From Promethearchaeota archaeon (lineage in GTDB: Archaea; Asgardarchaeota; Lokiarchaeia; Sigyniarchaeales; SOKP01), in assembly GCA_019058445.1 (NCBI GenBank), contig JAHPZA010000003.1:548919-612918 (forward strand): a DNA stretch of 64,000 nt, read 5' to 3'. A program made the translations under genes and the position numbers. The notes under the pieces are model-generated. The model was not told the DNA's origin. It worked only from the letters and a program-made list of their open reading frames with translations, and did not search any database. Below, piece by piece: positions 30,000 to 39,122 of this stretch. Numbering within the stretch: the stretch's first letter is position 1; every line of letters begins with the position of its first letter.

Positions 30000-30374
30000 T
30001 TAAACATCGAGTCCCATTCTTGTTGCAAGTTTGACTATTATAAAGATTACGAAAGCCACAATTACAAAAGTTATCACAACCCCTATAAAATGCCCGACTC
30101 GAAACACACTAATTGTAATTTCTTCCCAAGCAACACCAGGAACAAATAATTCCACAATAGGCATTATCATATCATCTACCAGTGCCTGTATTACAGCACC
30201 AGTATAGATTGCCATAATAAATGCTACGGCAAGCGCTAACACACGATACTTTTTGATAAAAATTTTAAATTCGTCAATGAAATTTTTAGGGACAGGTTCG
30301 GGCGGTGGAGTAAGTAGCTTTCTAATTTGTTTTAATTCCTCTAACATATCATCTTCTTTGGTCATATCTCCCAC
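30000..30374 (-). CDS. mscL: Large-conductance mechanosensitive channel, with the bundle helix at the N-terminus
   Basis: FIDEFKIFI..VLALAVAFIM, ALVDDMIMP, GHFIGVVITFVIVAFVIFIIVK; start at GTG 30374 or ATG 30365. Confidence 0.88.
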   Translation of the reverse strand: MGDMTKEDDMLEELKQIRKLLTPPPEPVPKNFIDEFKIFIKKYRVLALAVAFIMAIYTGAVIQALVDDMIMPIVELFVPGVAWEEITISVFRVGHFIGVVITFVIVAFVIFIIVKLATRMGLDV

Positions 30375-30502
30375 TATTTTTTGATAAAATTAGGATAGTT
30401 TAGATAACATTAGAAATTTCTACGTTAAATCTGAGATTTTATCGTCTAAAAACTTATTTAAATCTTATTCTTAGAAATTATAAAAAAAAGTAAAAAATAG
30501 AG

Positions 30503-31918
30503 TTAAACCCTCATTTTCTTTTCTTCATGAAGTTTCTGAAGTTTTTCCTTTACGGATTGTAAATACTCGCCATCTAAAGGATATTTATAAATTGCTAAAA
30601 TGGCAATAACCAATGCTATAATCGGAAAGATACACATTAACATTCGAAGCCCAAAGATAACATCTGGGGTTACGTTCTCAGGTTCGTACACAGTCCATCC
30701 TACATTAGTAAACACGAGATTTATGGCTAAAAACACAAAAATTGTAGCTGTTCTTTGAAAGAATATCAATACTCCATAATAAGATGCTTCCCTTCTGGTT
30801 CCAGTATTTACCTCATCCTCATCAATAATATCAGCCACAATTAAATCATAAATATATAGTGACCCAGCTAATCCAATTCCTATAACAAAGAATACAATTA
30901 ATCCGGACACTAAATCTCGAATAAACAATAATGGAATAAGAGTTAAAATCCAAATCGATTTCGAGATAAGCCACGTTTTTCGAAGTCCGATCTTTTGTAC
31001 TACAGGTTTCCATAGAATATTCATAAAGAGTGCTGCAGAAATAAATGTTAATCCTAGCAACAATGCTAAGAATATTGATTCTCCTTCACCTATACCAAGG
31101 ACAAACTTACCATATAGAGGGACAATAGTAGGGAGCATCCCATATACAAACCAACTCCCGATTTCTATCGGCAAAAACCACCTGAAGCTTTTGTTTTTAA
31201 GGCATAGTTTAATTGATTTCCCGAAGCTTGGAGCACTTTTATACTCATCTTGAAATTCGGCTTTTTCTTTTGGTGTGAATTTTAAGAAAATAATACCACC
31301 TAAAACTATAATAATCGCAACGGCAATTCCATAAAGTTGGTAGTTTATTAAATATTTTCTATTAGTTAAATCTGGAATAAATAAAGTTGGCAAAACAAAA
31401 GCAAAAATCAATCCGATAATAGCAAATGTTTGTCTAAAGTTATTTGCCCTCGTTCTTTCTTCAGTAGTAATAAATACTTCCGGAAGCAAGGATATGTAGT
31501 TGATATCAAACATAGAAAAAAACAATTCAAAGAGAATAATGATTATCATAAAGTATAAAAAATTAGTCATCTGATCTTCTGTGCCAAAAGTAAGTGGTGG
31601 AGTAAATAATAAAACCATAATGATTGCAATAGGAATTAAAGAAAACATAAGCCAAGGAAGACGACGCCCCCATCTGGTATGAGTCCTATCTGACAACGTA
31701 CCTAAAAATGGGTCATTTGCACTATTCCAAATTGACCATATAATAAATCCCAAAGTAATTAATACGACATTAAGTCCCACTACCGTAAAATAAAATGTAA
31801 ATATGAGAAATGTAAATCCTTGGTACGATATTATAACCGGTAATTGACCAAAACTATAGGCGGTTGCTTTTTTATTTGAAAAACCGAGATCTTCAATTTT
31901 TTCTTCTCTCTTACTCAT
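30503..31918 (-). CDS. MFS transporter, GPH/MelB family
   Basis: NSANDPFLGTLSDRTHTRWGRRLPW; ADIIDEDEVNTGTRREASYYG. Confidence 0.9.
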   Translation of the reverse strand: MSKREEKIEDLGFSNKKATAYSFGQLPVIISYQGFTFLIFTFYFTVVGLNVVLITLGFIIWSIWNSANDPFLGTLSDRTHTRWGRRLPWLMFSLIPIAIIMVLLFTPPLTFGTEDQMTNFLYFMIIIILFELFFSMFDINYISLLPEVFITTEERTRANNFRQTFAIIGLIFAFVLPTLFIPDLTNRKYLINYQLYGIAVAIIIVLGGIIFLKFTPKEKAEFQDEYKSAPSFGKSIKLCLKNKSFRWFLPIEIGSWFVYGMLPTIVPLYGKFVLGIGEGESIFLALLLGLTFISAALFMNILWKPVVQKIGLRKTWLISKSIWILTLIPLLFIRDLVSGLIVFFVIGIGLAGSLYIYDLIVADIIDEDEVNTGTRREASYYGVLIFFQRTATIFVFLAINLVFTNVGWTVYEPENVTPDVIFGLRMLMCIFPIIALVIAILAIYKYPLDGEYLQSVKEKLQKLHEEKKMRV

Positions 31919-32066
31919 AAAATTACCTTTATGAATTTAATTTTTGGATTATAAATTGTGCTTAACATATACTTTATTGCCAAGTTATATAAATTTTTAA
32001 TTTATTGTGTTAGATATATAGAGACAAAAATTATTTAATGCTCTCTTATTTCATTACCTATCTTAG

Positions 32067-33305
32067 ATGTTTGTTGAATATTTTTTTTATCTGAAACAGA
32101 GGCTCCCAGTTAGCATTATAGAGTATATGACCTTAATAGAAGCGCTTAATCAAGGTCTAATTCGAAATATGGTAGATTTTTATTATATCTCTCGATCGAT
32201 TTTATGTAAGAATGAACATCATTTTGACTTATATGATATAGCATTTGTGAATTTTTTTAAAGATGCTGGGCTTAAATTTCCTGATGAGATAAAAGAAGAA
32301 CTTTGGAAATGGTTAGAAAAAAATTTAACAATATTGCATCTTCCCTTTGATCTCGGAGAACTGACTCGGTACTTCGATTCAGAAGATTTAGAAAGGCAAT
32401 TTAGGAAACTATTAGGAGAACAAGATCAAGAGCATAATTTTGGAGATAAATGGATTGGTACTCAAGGAACCTCGCCTTTCGGACATTCTGGCAGGAATCT
32501 TGGGGGTATGAGGGTTGCAGGTGATTATAGTATACATAGTGCCATAAAAATTGCACAAAAGAGAATTTTTAAAGATTATAGAAAAGATCTAACCCTCGAT
32601 ACTCGCCAAATCAAAGTAGCTTTAAAAAGGCTTAAGAGATTAGATGACATTGGGAAAAAGGATGAGTTGGATCTGGATAAAACGATTGATGAGACCTGTA
32701 AGAATGGGGGAGATATCGAATTAATCCTTAAAAAAAGGAGAAAAAACAATGTAAAAATTGTACTTTTAATGGATGTTGGCGGGACGATGGACCCCTATAC
32801 GCATATGGTCAATCTCTTATTCTCTGCAGCGTATAATTTATCCCATTGGAAAGATTTTAAGTACTATTACTTTCATAATTGCATCTATAATAAATTATAC
32901 TTTAATGCACGGCGAAATGCAGATGAATCCATCGATTTTGAAGATTTCTTAAGGAAATTCGACAGTTCATATCGAATAATTATAGTAGGAGATCAGACAA
33001 TGCACAGGAGTGAATTGAAAGATCCTCGTGGAGCCATTTACGATGGAGCTACCAACAAAAAGCCAGGTATATATTACATCAAAAGACTAGCACGCCATTA
33101 TAAAAAAAATATTGTTTGGTTAAATCCCGAAGATTTCTCGTTTGAATGGATGACATGGACAAGATTAGTTATATCTAAAATTATTCCTACATTCGGTTTG
33201 ACAATCCAAGGGATTGAACAAGCAATGGACTTTTTGAGAAATAATGGAAAAAATATCTTTAGCTCTGTAGACATGCTTAAAGGTGTAAAATTAGCTTATT
33301 ATTAG
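32067..33305 (+). CDS. VWA-domain protein, CoxE-like (MoxR partner)
   Basis: KWIGTQGTSPFGHSG, LDTRQIKVALKRL, MIDAS-like LMDVGGTM, YYFHNCIY, VGD, VWLNP. Confidence 0.88.
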   Translation: MFVEYFFYLKQRLPVSIIEYMTLIEALNQGLIRNMVDFYYISRSILCKNEHHFDLYDIAFVNFFKDAGLKFPDEIKEELWKWLEKNLTILHLPFDLGELTRYFDSEDLERQFRKLLGEQDQEHNFGDKWIGTQGTSPFGHSGRNLGGMRVAGDYSIHSAIKIAQKRIFKDYRKDLTLDTRQIKVALKRLKRLDDIGKKDELDLDKTIDETCKNGGDIELILKKRRKNNVKIVLLMDVGGTMDPYTHMVNLLFSAAYNLSHWKDFKYYYFHNCIYNKLYFNARRNADESIDFEDFLRKFDSSYRIIIVGDQTMHRSELKDPRGAIYDGATNKKPGIYYIKRLARHYKKNIVWLNPEDFSFEWMTWTRLVISKIIPTFGLTIQGIEQAMDFLRNNGKNIFSSVDMLKGVKLAYY

Positions 33306-33412
33306 GAAGCCGTTAATTTCTTTTGAAAAATTAGAAAAAGATTATTTAATTCATTTAAATTTAATTAACATAAGAATATAATATTCTTAATTAAAAATTT
33401 TTTAGATAAAAA

Positions 33413-34837
33413 ATGTTCGTAGAATATTTTTACTACCTCAAAGATCGCTTGCCTATCAGTATTACAGAATATATGACTCTTATGGAAGCCCTCGATAAGG
33501 GAGTTATACATAACATGGTGGAATTCTACTTTGTATCAAGAAGTATTCTCTGTAAAAATGAGCACCATTTTGATATTTATGATATTGCCTTCGCAAATTT
33601 TTTCAAGGATGCTATGGTAAGCTTTCCAGAAGACATCAAACAAGAGATCTGGGATTGGCTTAATAAAGAAATGACTCTTCAAGAATTAGCGATGGGTTTA
33701 CAAATGATGATGAGTCAATATGGTCAATATATTATCGTCGAAGATCTAAAGAAATTTCTGGAAGAGCTATTGAAAAAAGAAGGAGTCAAAATGGATGGAA
33801 AGATATTAATAAGCGATCCAAGTCAAATAACAGATGAAATTTTAGAATGGCTTCAGAAAAATATGAGTCCTGAAGAATTATCCGGAAGTTTTCAACAACT
33901 TATAGATGGGAAATTTGACTTAGAACAAATGCAGAAACACTTTGAAGAGCTTTTAAAAAAACAAGACGAAGAGCATAATTTCGGGCATCATATGATAGGT
34001 ACCCAGGGAGATTCCAGGTTTGGGAATATGGGGCAAAACCCAATGGGAATGCGGGTTGGTGGTTCTTCGGGAATGCGTATGGCAATACAAATAGCTCAAA
34101 AACGAGTTTTTAAAGATTATCGTAAAGATATTGTATTGGATACGAGGCAAATTAAGGTGGCACTCAAACGACTTAAAAAACTTGAAGAAATTGGAAAAAA
34201 GGACGAGTTAAATATCGATAAAACCATCGACCACACTGCAAAAAACGGTGGAGATATTGATATCATCTTCGATAAACGGCGAAAAAATGATGTAAAACTC
34301 TTACTATTAATGGATGTTGGAGGGAGTATGACTCCTTATGCGCATTTAGTCAACCTTTTATTTTCGGCCGCGAATAATATGTCTCACTGGAAAGACTTTA
34401 AACCATACTACTTTCATAATTGCATCTATGAAAAGTTATTTTTCAACGCACAACGCAATCCAGATGAATCAATTGATTTTGAGGATTTTTTAAAGAAATA
34501 TGATAACAAATATAAGGTAGTTATGGTAGGAGATGCCGCAATGGCCAGCTATGAGCTTACCGAGCGGTATGGATCAATTTATTATTATCATAGAAATGAA
34601 ATGCCTGGAATCCATTATATCAGAGAGCTTGCATACCACTTTAAAGACAATATTGTCTGGTTAAACCCTGAGCTTATAAGAGATGAGTGGCAACCTTGGA
34701 CCAGAAAAATTATATCCAGCGTGATTCCGATGTTCAATTTAACCATCGAGGGGATTGAGGAGGCAATGGATTTTCTGAGAAAAGGTGGAAAAAATATGTT
34801 TACATCTGTCCAAAAACTTAAAGGATTTACATATTAA
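33413..34837 (+). CDS. VWA-domain protein, CoxE-like (tandem paralogue)
   Basis: Same motifs (LMDVGGSM, YYFHNCIY, VGDAAMASYEL, VWLNP); about 60 aa longer than the upstream paralogue. Confidence 0.88.
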   Translation: MFVEYFYYLKDRLPISITEYMTLMEALDKGVIHNMVEFYFVSRSILCKNEHHFDIYDIAFANFFKDAMVSFPEDIKQEIWDWLNKEMTLQELAMGLQMMMSQYGQYIIVEDLKKFLEELLKKEGVKMDGKILISDPSQITDEILEWLQKNMSPEELSGSFQQLIDGKFDLEQMQKHFEELLKKQDEEHNFGHHMIGTQGDSRFGNMGQNPMGMRVGGSSGMRMAIQIAQKRVFKDYRKDIVLDTRQIKVALKRLKKLEEIGKKDELNIDKTIDHTAKNGGDIDIIFDKRRKNDVKLLLLMDVGGSMTPYAHLVNLLFSAANNMSHWKDFKPYYFHNCIYEKLFFNAQRNPDESIDFEDFLKKYDNKYKVVMVGDAAMASYELTERYGSIYYYHRNEMPGIHYIRELAYHFKDNIVWLNPELIRDEWQPWTRKIISSVIPMFNLTIEGIEEAMDFLRKGGKNMFTSVQKLKGFTY

Positions 34838-34982
34838 AAAAACATAATAAAATCTTAATTCATATTTCATTAAGTTTTATCTTTTGTCTCAATTTCTTAG
34901 CTCATCTTTTCTAATTGTAAAGAATTAAAAGAGATTAAACGTTTGGAAAATATATTATTACAATAATTCAAAATAACCGGCC

Positions 34983-35663
34983 ATGAAGTATGAAGCGATA
35001 ATCTTTGATCTTTTCGGCACTTTAGTTGATAATCCTACATTTCAAGAATATCATCAATTATTATCTCAAATGGCTTCCATTCTTTCGATATCATCTAAAG
35101 ATTTTTCTCGTCTTTGGCTCGATACTGCTAAAGAGAGATCCACTGGGATTTTTAAAACAATTGAGGAAAATATAAGATATATTTGTAATGAACTCCAAGT
35201 CAATGTGAAAGAAGATCAAATAAATAAAATCCTAGAATTAAGACTAAATCTTATTCGAGAAGATTTAGCGCCTAAATCTGATACGATAGATACATTATCC
35301 GAACTAAAGAAACGAGGTTTCAAAATAGGGCTCATTAGTAATTGTTCTTCAGATATTCCAATTCTTTGGAATAGCACTCAATTCGTCAAATTTATAGATG
35401 TAGCTATATTATCATGTTCTGTAGGTTTGAAAAAACCAGATCCTAAAATCTATAAAATCACCTGCAAGAGATTAAATGTTTTGCCTCAAAATTGTTTATA
35501 TATTGGTGATGGAGACAGCAATGAATTAGCAGGCGCATCTCAAGTAGGAATGGATGCTATTTTGATTCGGGACCCATCTCAAAAAGATCCTTATTATATT
35601 GACAAGGAAGAATGGAATGGTCAAAAAATATCAGCTTTGAATGAGGTTTTTAAATTTTTATGA
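34983..35663 (+). CDS. HAD-superfamily hydrolase
   Basis: IIFDLFGTLV, LISN, KKPDPKIY, YIGDG..ELAGA. Confidence 0.92.
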   Translation: MKYEAIIFDLFGTLVDNPTFQEYHQLLSQMASILSISSKDFSRLWLDTAKERSTGIFKTIEENIRYICNELQVNVKEDQINKILELRLNLIREDLAPKSDTIDTLSELKKRGFKIGLISNCSSDIPILWNSTQFVKFIDVAILSCSVGLKKPDPKIYKITCKRLNVLPQNCLYIGDGDSNELAGASQVGMDAILIRDPSQKDPYYIDKEEWNGQKISALNEVFKFL

Positions 35664-35680
35664 GATATGAATGAGAAAAT

Positions 35681-37210
35681 CTATCTCTCCTTAGCTTTAA
35701 TTTCTACTCCATCCACAACAGTAACACTGGTTGTTGAGATTCCTTCTTCTTTCATATAATAGTCTAAAGTTCTTTTATCAACTTCTTTCATATAATTTTT
35801 CAATTTTCCATCTATGTCAGGCGATATTTTAAATTCATTAAAGTTTTCAAGAATATCATTAACCTGTTCTGTCGCTGTTGCTATCATATCTTTTGCTCCC
35901 TTTTTGAACCATGTAGTTCTACGATTTCGATCGACAAGCTTAGGAATAAATAACTCGTTTTTCATGAAGTTTCTTGTATGTTTTTCCCCTAAGAAACTTA
36001 CCCCTTTCTGAGTGCTCGTTGCTACTTTTCTAATGACATCCAATCCAATTGTATCTTCATTTACTTCAATTCCTTCAAATGCTCTTTTAACCATTCCTGC
36101 TAATTCATTATCAATTGCCGTGAGTTCTAATGCTCCTGCAAGAGTTGCCTCGTATGTTCCAGCACATGTGATAAAATTAATACCCGCTTGTGCTGCGAAC
36201 ATCAGTGTCAGAAATCGTTCAAATCCATTTTGAATATCGAAACATTTTGAATCAGTTACTCCCGCTACAGCTCTCGAGGGGATATTATAAAATTTGGATA
36301 ATTGTGCGATGCCAGTAGTAATTAACCCTGTTTCAATCGCTCCTATCGCAAAATTTCCAGAGCGCATATCAGTCATATGAGAAACAGAACCATAAAAGAC
36401 TGGTGATTTAGGATTATAAATTTGAGCAAGTATTATTCCTGCGAGAATTTCGGCATTAGTTTGTGTTAATAAGCCGGCTAAGGTAATAGGTGCAGAGGTA
36501 CCTCCTAAAGCTTCTGGTGCAATGACAACAGGCTGTTTATACTTACCAAATACTTTTAGACCATTTGTCATTATTTTTGGTAATTGTAATGGACTTGTAG
36601 GGTTGAAAATTCCAAATAATCGTGGTCGTTTAATCAGCTCATTTTCCCCTCCAGCAATGATTGACGCCATTTTAATAGAATCTTGACTGACTAACTTGCC
36701 AAAAACTCCATGTCCATAAGGCTTGTGTAAATTCTTCATCCAATGATATAAACATACTACATGTAAAGTGGTATATTTCACATCACTTGGCCAATAATCA
36801 ATTTGAGAAGCAAATAAGTGTTCAGAGCTGTCTACCACTCGCATTTGATTTATAGTGTCTTGTAGAATGGATTTCCTTACCCCTTTTTTCCGAGAGGGGT
36901 CATACATTTTTACAGGAGCACCAATCGGAAGAAAGTAAATATTTTGAATATTAACTTCAATATTATATTTCCCATCTGGTCCGTGTAATTTAAAGGAATT
37001 TGGAACTAATTTTAACTTTTCTTTGACTATTGATTCTGGAAATTTCACAAAATCCGAACTTTGTTCGCTCATTGCCCCATTTTTCTCGAGTAATTTTCTT
37101 GTTTCCTCGCAATCTATTTTAATTCCAACCGTTTCTAGTAGTTTCAATGTGGCAGAATGGATATCTTTTATTTCATCTTTTGAGAGCACTTTAGTTTGAT
37201 TTAGTTTCAT
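35681..37210 (-). CDS. Trimethylamine methyltransferase (MttB) superfamily protein, non-pyrrolysine
   Basis: IHSATLKLLETVG, NPTSPL, GGTSAPITLAG..NAEILAG, DMRSG, TDSKCFDIQNGFE, IDNE; no in-frame TAG. Confidence 0.9.
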   Translation of the reverse strand: MKLNQTKVLSKDEIKDIHSATLKLLETVGIKIDCEETRKLLEKNGAMSEQSSDFVKFPESIVKEKLKLVPNSFKLHGPDGKYNIEVNIQNIYFLPIGAPVKMYDPSRKKGVRKSILQDTINQMRVVDSSEHLFASQIDYWPSDVKYTTLHVVCLYHWMKNLHKPYGHGVFGKLVSQDSIKMASIIAGGENELIKRPRLFGIFNPTSPLQLPKIMTNGLKVFGKYKQPVVIAPEALGGTSAPITLAGLLTQTNAEILAGIILAQIYNPKSPVFYGSVSHMTDMRSGNFAIGAIETGLITTGIAQLSKFYNIPSRAVAGVTDSKCFDIQNGFERFLTLMFAAQAGINFITCAGTYEATLAGALELTAIDNELAGMVKRAFEGIEVNEDTIGLDVIRKVATSTQKGVSFLGEKHTRNFMKNELFIPKLVDRNRRTTWFKKGAKDMIATATEQVNDILENFNEFKISPDIDGKLKNYMKEVDKRTLDYYMKEEGISTTSVTVVDGVEIKAKER

Positions 37211-37352
37211 AATTGAACCATTTCATAAAATTTGACTAACTTTGAGAATAAGATAATTTATAATTAATTATATAAATAATGAAAAGAAAAAAACAATTAT
37301 AAGTTCTAATATAAATCGAAACTCAAATTAAATAATAAAATATGAAAGAAAA

Positions 37353-39032
37353 ATGAAAGACTATTCAGAATGGGAACCCATTATAGATTATGAAAATGAC
37401 TCTCCGTGGGTGGATCCAAATCGACCGTGGTTAAAAGCTCGGCCACCTACTGTACCTAAAACAGTAAAATTTGACCCAATACCAGTTCATGAATTCATAC
37501 GACAATCTGCTCTCCAATTTCCTAATAATGTGTGTGTATACCATAAACCAACTGATAAAAAATATACATACAGAGAATTGATTCATTATGCTGATAGAAT
37601 TGCTCATGCTTTACATGATTCAGGAGTTGGAAAAGGTGATGCCGTAGGTATCATGTCGGGAAATTGTCCTGAATTTTTATTTTGTGTTTTGGGAATTTTA
37701 GAAACAGGAGCCTCGGTAGTACCAATTAATCCGCTACTCAAGGAGACGGACGTAACTCATATTGTTAAAGAGTCTGGAAATATCAAGGCCATATTTGTTA
37801 CAAGGGCTAATTTTCGAACTATCAAAAAAACCAGAAAGCAAGTTGAAGTTCCGGAGGTAATAATAATTGCAGATGAGGAGGGCAAGGAAGGTGCTGTCAC
37901 ACTTACAGAGTTTATAAATGATTTTGCTCCTAAGAAGCCTGATGTAGATATTGATCCTGATAACGATATTGCGGCATTATTATTCACAGGCGGTACCACA
38001 GGTTTACCCAAAGGTGTGATGTTATCCCACACCAATTTAGTAGCAGATGCTCTTGTAACCATTTATCAAACAGAGGAACCACTGGAAGAACTAGAAGCAA
38101 CTGCCGGAACAGGTGTAAATTTATCAATATTGCCATTATGCCACACATTTGGATTTACTGTAGTGATTATCGCAATGCGAGCAGCTATGATGCTCGTGAT
38201 GTTCGCTTCTTTTGATCCCGCGGAAGTTCTTGAAGCTATTGAATATTATAAAATTGAATTATTTGTGGGCGTACCTGTAATGTTTCAAATGGTTATTAAC
38301 TGCCCTGACTTTACGGAACGGGATCTCTCTAGTCTTGAGAGAGCTGCCTCTGGATCGGCGGCATTGGCACCTGAACTCGCGAGAAAATGGGAGGAAGTGG
38401 TAGGAACAAAAGTTGGTCAAGGATATGGACTCACCGAAACCTCACCCATTACACATGGAGCTGTACTCTGGATGGATATCATTGCAGAGAGTATAGGAAT
38501 TCCTTATATCGATACGGATGCGAAAATTGTTAATCCAGATACCTTAGAAGAGCTTCCACCTAATGAAGTGGGAGAGTTATTAATCCACGGACCCCAAGTA
38601 ATGAAGGGTTATTGGAAGCATCCTGAGGCAACAGAAAAAACAATTGTTAACGATTGGTTAAGAACAGGAGATTTAGCAAGAATGGACGAAAAAGGATATT
38701 TTTATATCGAGGGACGTACTAAGGATATGGTAAAGTATAAGGGCTATAAAGTAATGCCACGAGAAGTTGAAGAAAAACTAATGGAACATCCAGCAATTCT
38801 AGAAGCAGGTGTGGCCGGTATTCCCGATCCTAACATTGGCGAAACTATTAAGGCATGGATAGTTCTGAAACCTGAATATAGAGATAAAGGAATTACCGAG
38901 AAAGAGATTATAGAATGGTCTAAAGAACGACTAGCAGGATATAAATATCCGCGTCATATAGAGTTCATAAAGGCATTACCACGAACAGCAGTAGGAAAAA
39001 TATTTCGCAGGAAACTTCGGGAAATGGAATAA
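37353..39032 (+). CDS. Long-chain-fatty-acid--CoA ligase (AMP-forming)
   Basis: LFTGGTTGLPKG, QGYGLTE, WLRTGD, GRTKDMVK, LPRTAVGK. Confidence 0.92.
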   Translation: MKDYSEWEPIIDYENDSPWVDPNRPWLKARPPTVPKTVKFDPIPVHEFIRQSALQFPNNVCVYHKPTDKKYTYRELIHYADRIAHALHDSGVGKGDAVGIMSGNCPEFLFCVLGILETGASVVPINPLLKETDVTHIVKESGNIKAIFVTRANFRTIKKTRKQVEVPEVIIIADEEGKEGAVTLTEFINDFAPKKPDVDIDPDNDIAALLFTGGTTGLPKGVMLSHTNLVADALVTIYQTEEPLEELEATAGTGVNLSILPLCHTFGFTVVIIAMRAAMMLVMFASFDPAEVLEAIEYYKIELFVGVPVMFQMVINCPDFTERDLSSLERAASGSAALAPELARKWEEVVGTKVGQGYGLTETSPITHGAVLWMDIIAESIGIPYIDTDAKIVNPDTLEELPPNEVGELLIHGPQVMKGYWKHPEATEKTIVNDWLRTGDLARMDEKGYFYIEGRTKDMVKYKGYKVMPREVEEKLMEHPAILEAGVAGIPDPNIGETIKAWIVLKPEYRDKGITEKEIIEWSKERLAGYKYPRHIEFIKALPRTAVGKIFRRKLREME

Positions 39033-39122
39033 ATAACTCTAAAAGTTTTACATAATTTCAATTTTTTTAATTTTTTTTTATGTTAGCTGAAAAGTACCAA
39101 TAATTAAGATTTAGTTATTTAA

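Noticed and set aside
35681-37210. Pyrrolysine recoding in the MttB homologue
   Set aside because: The ORF is full length with no internal TAG, and there are no pyl genes in the window.
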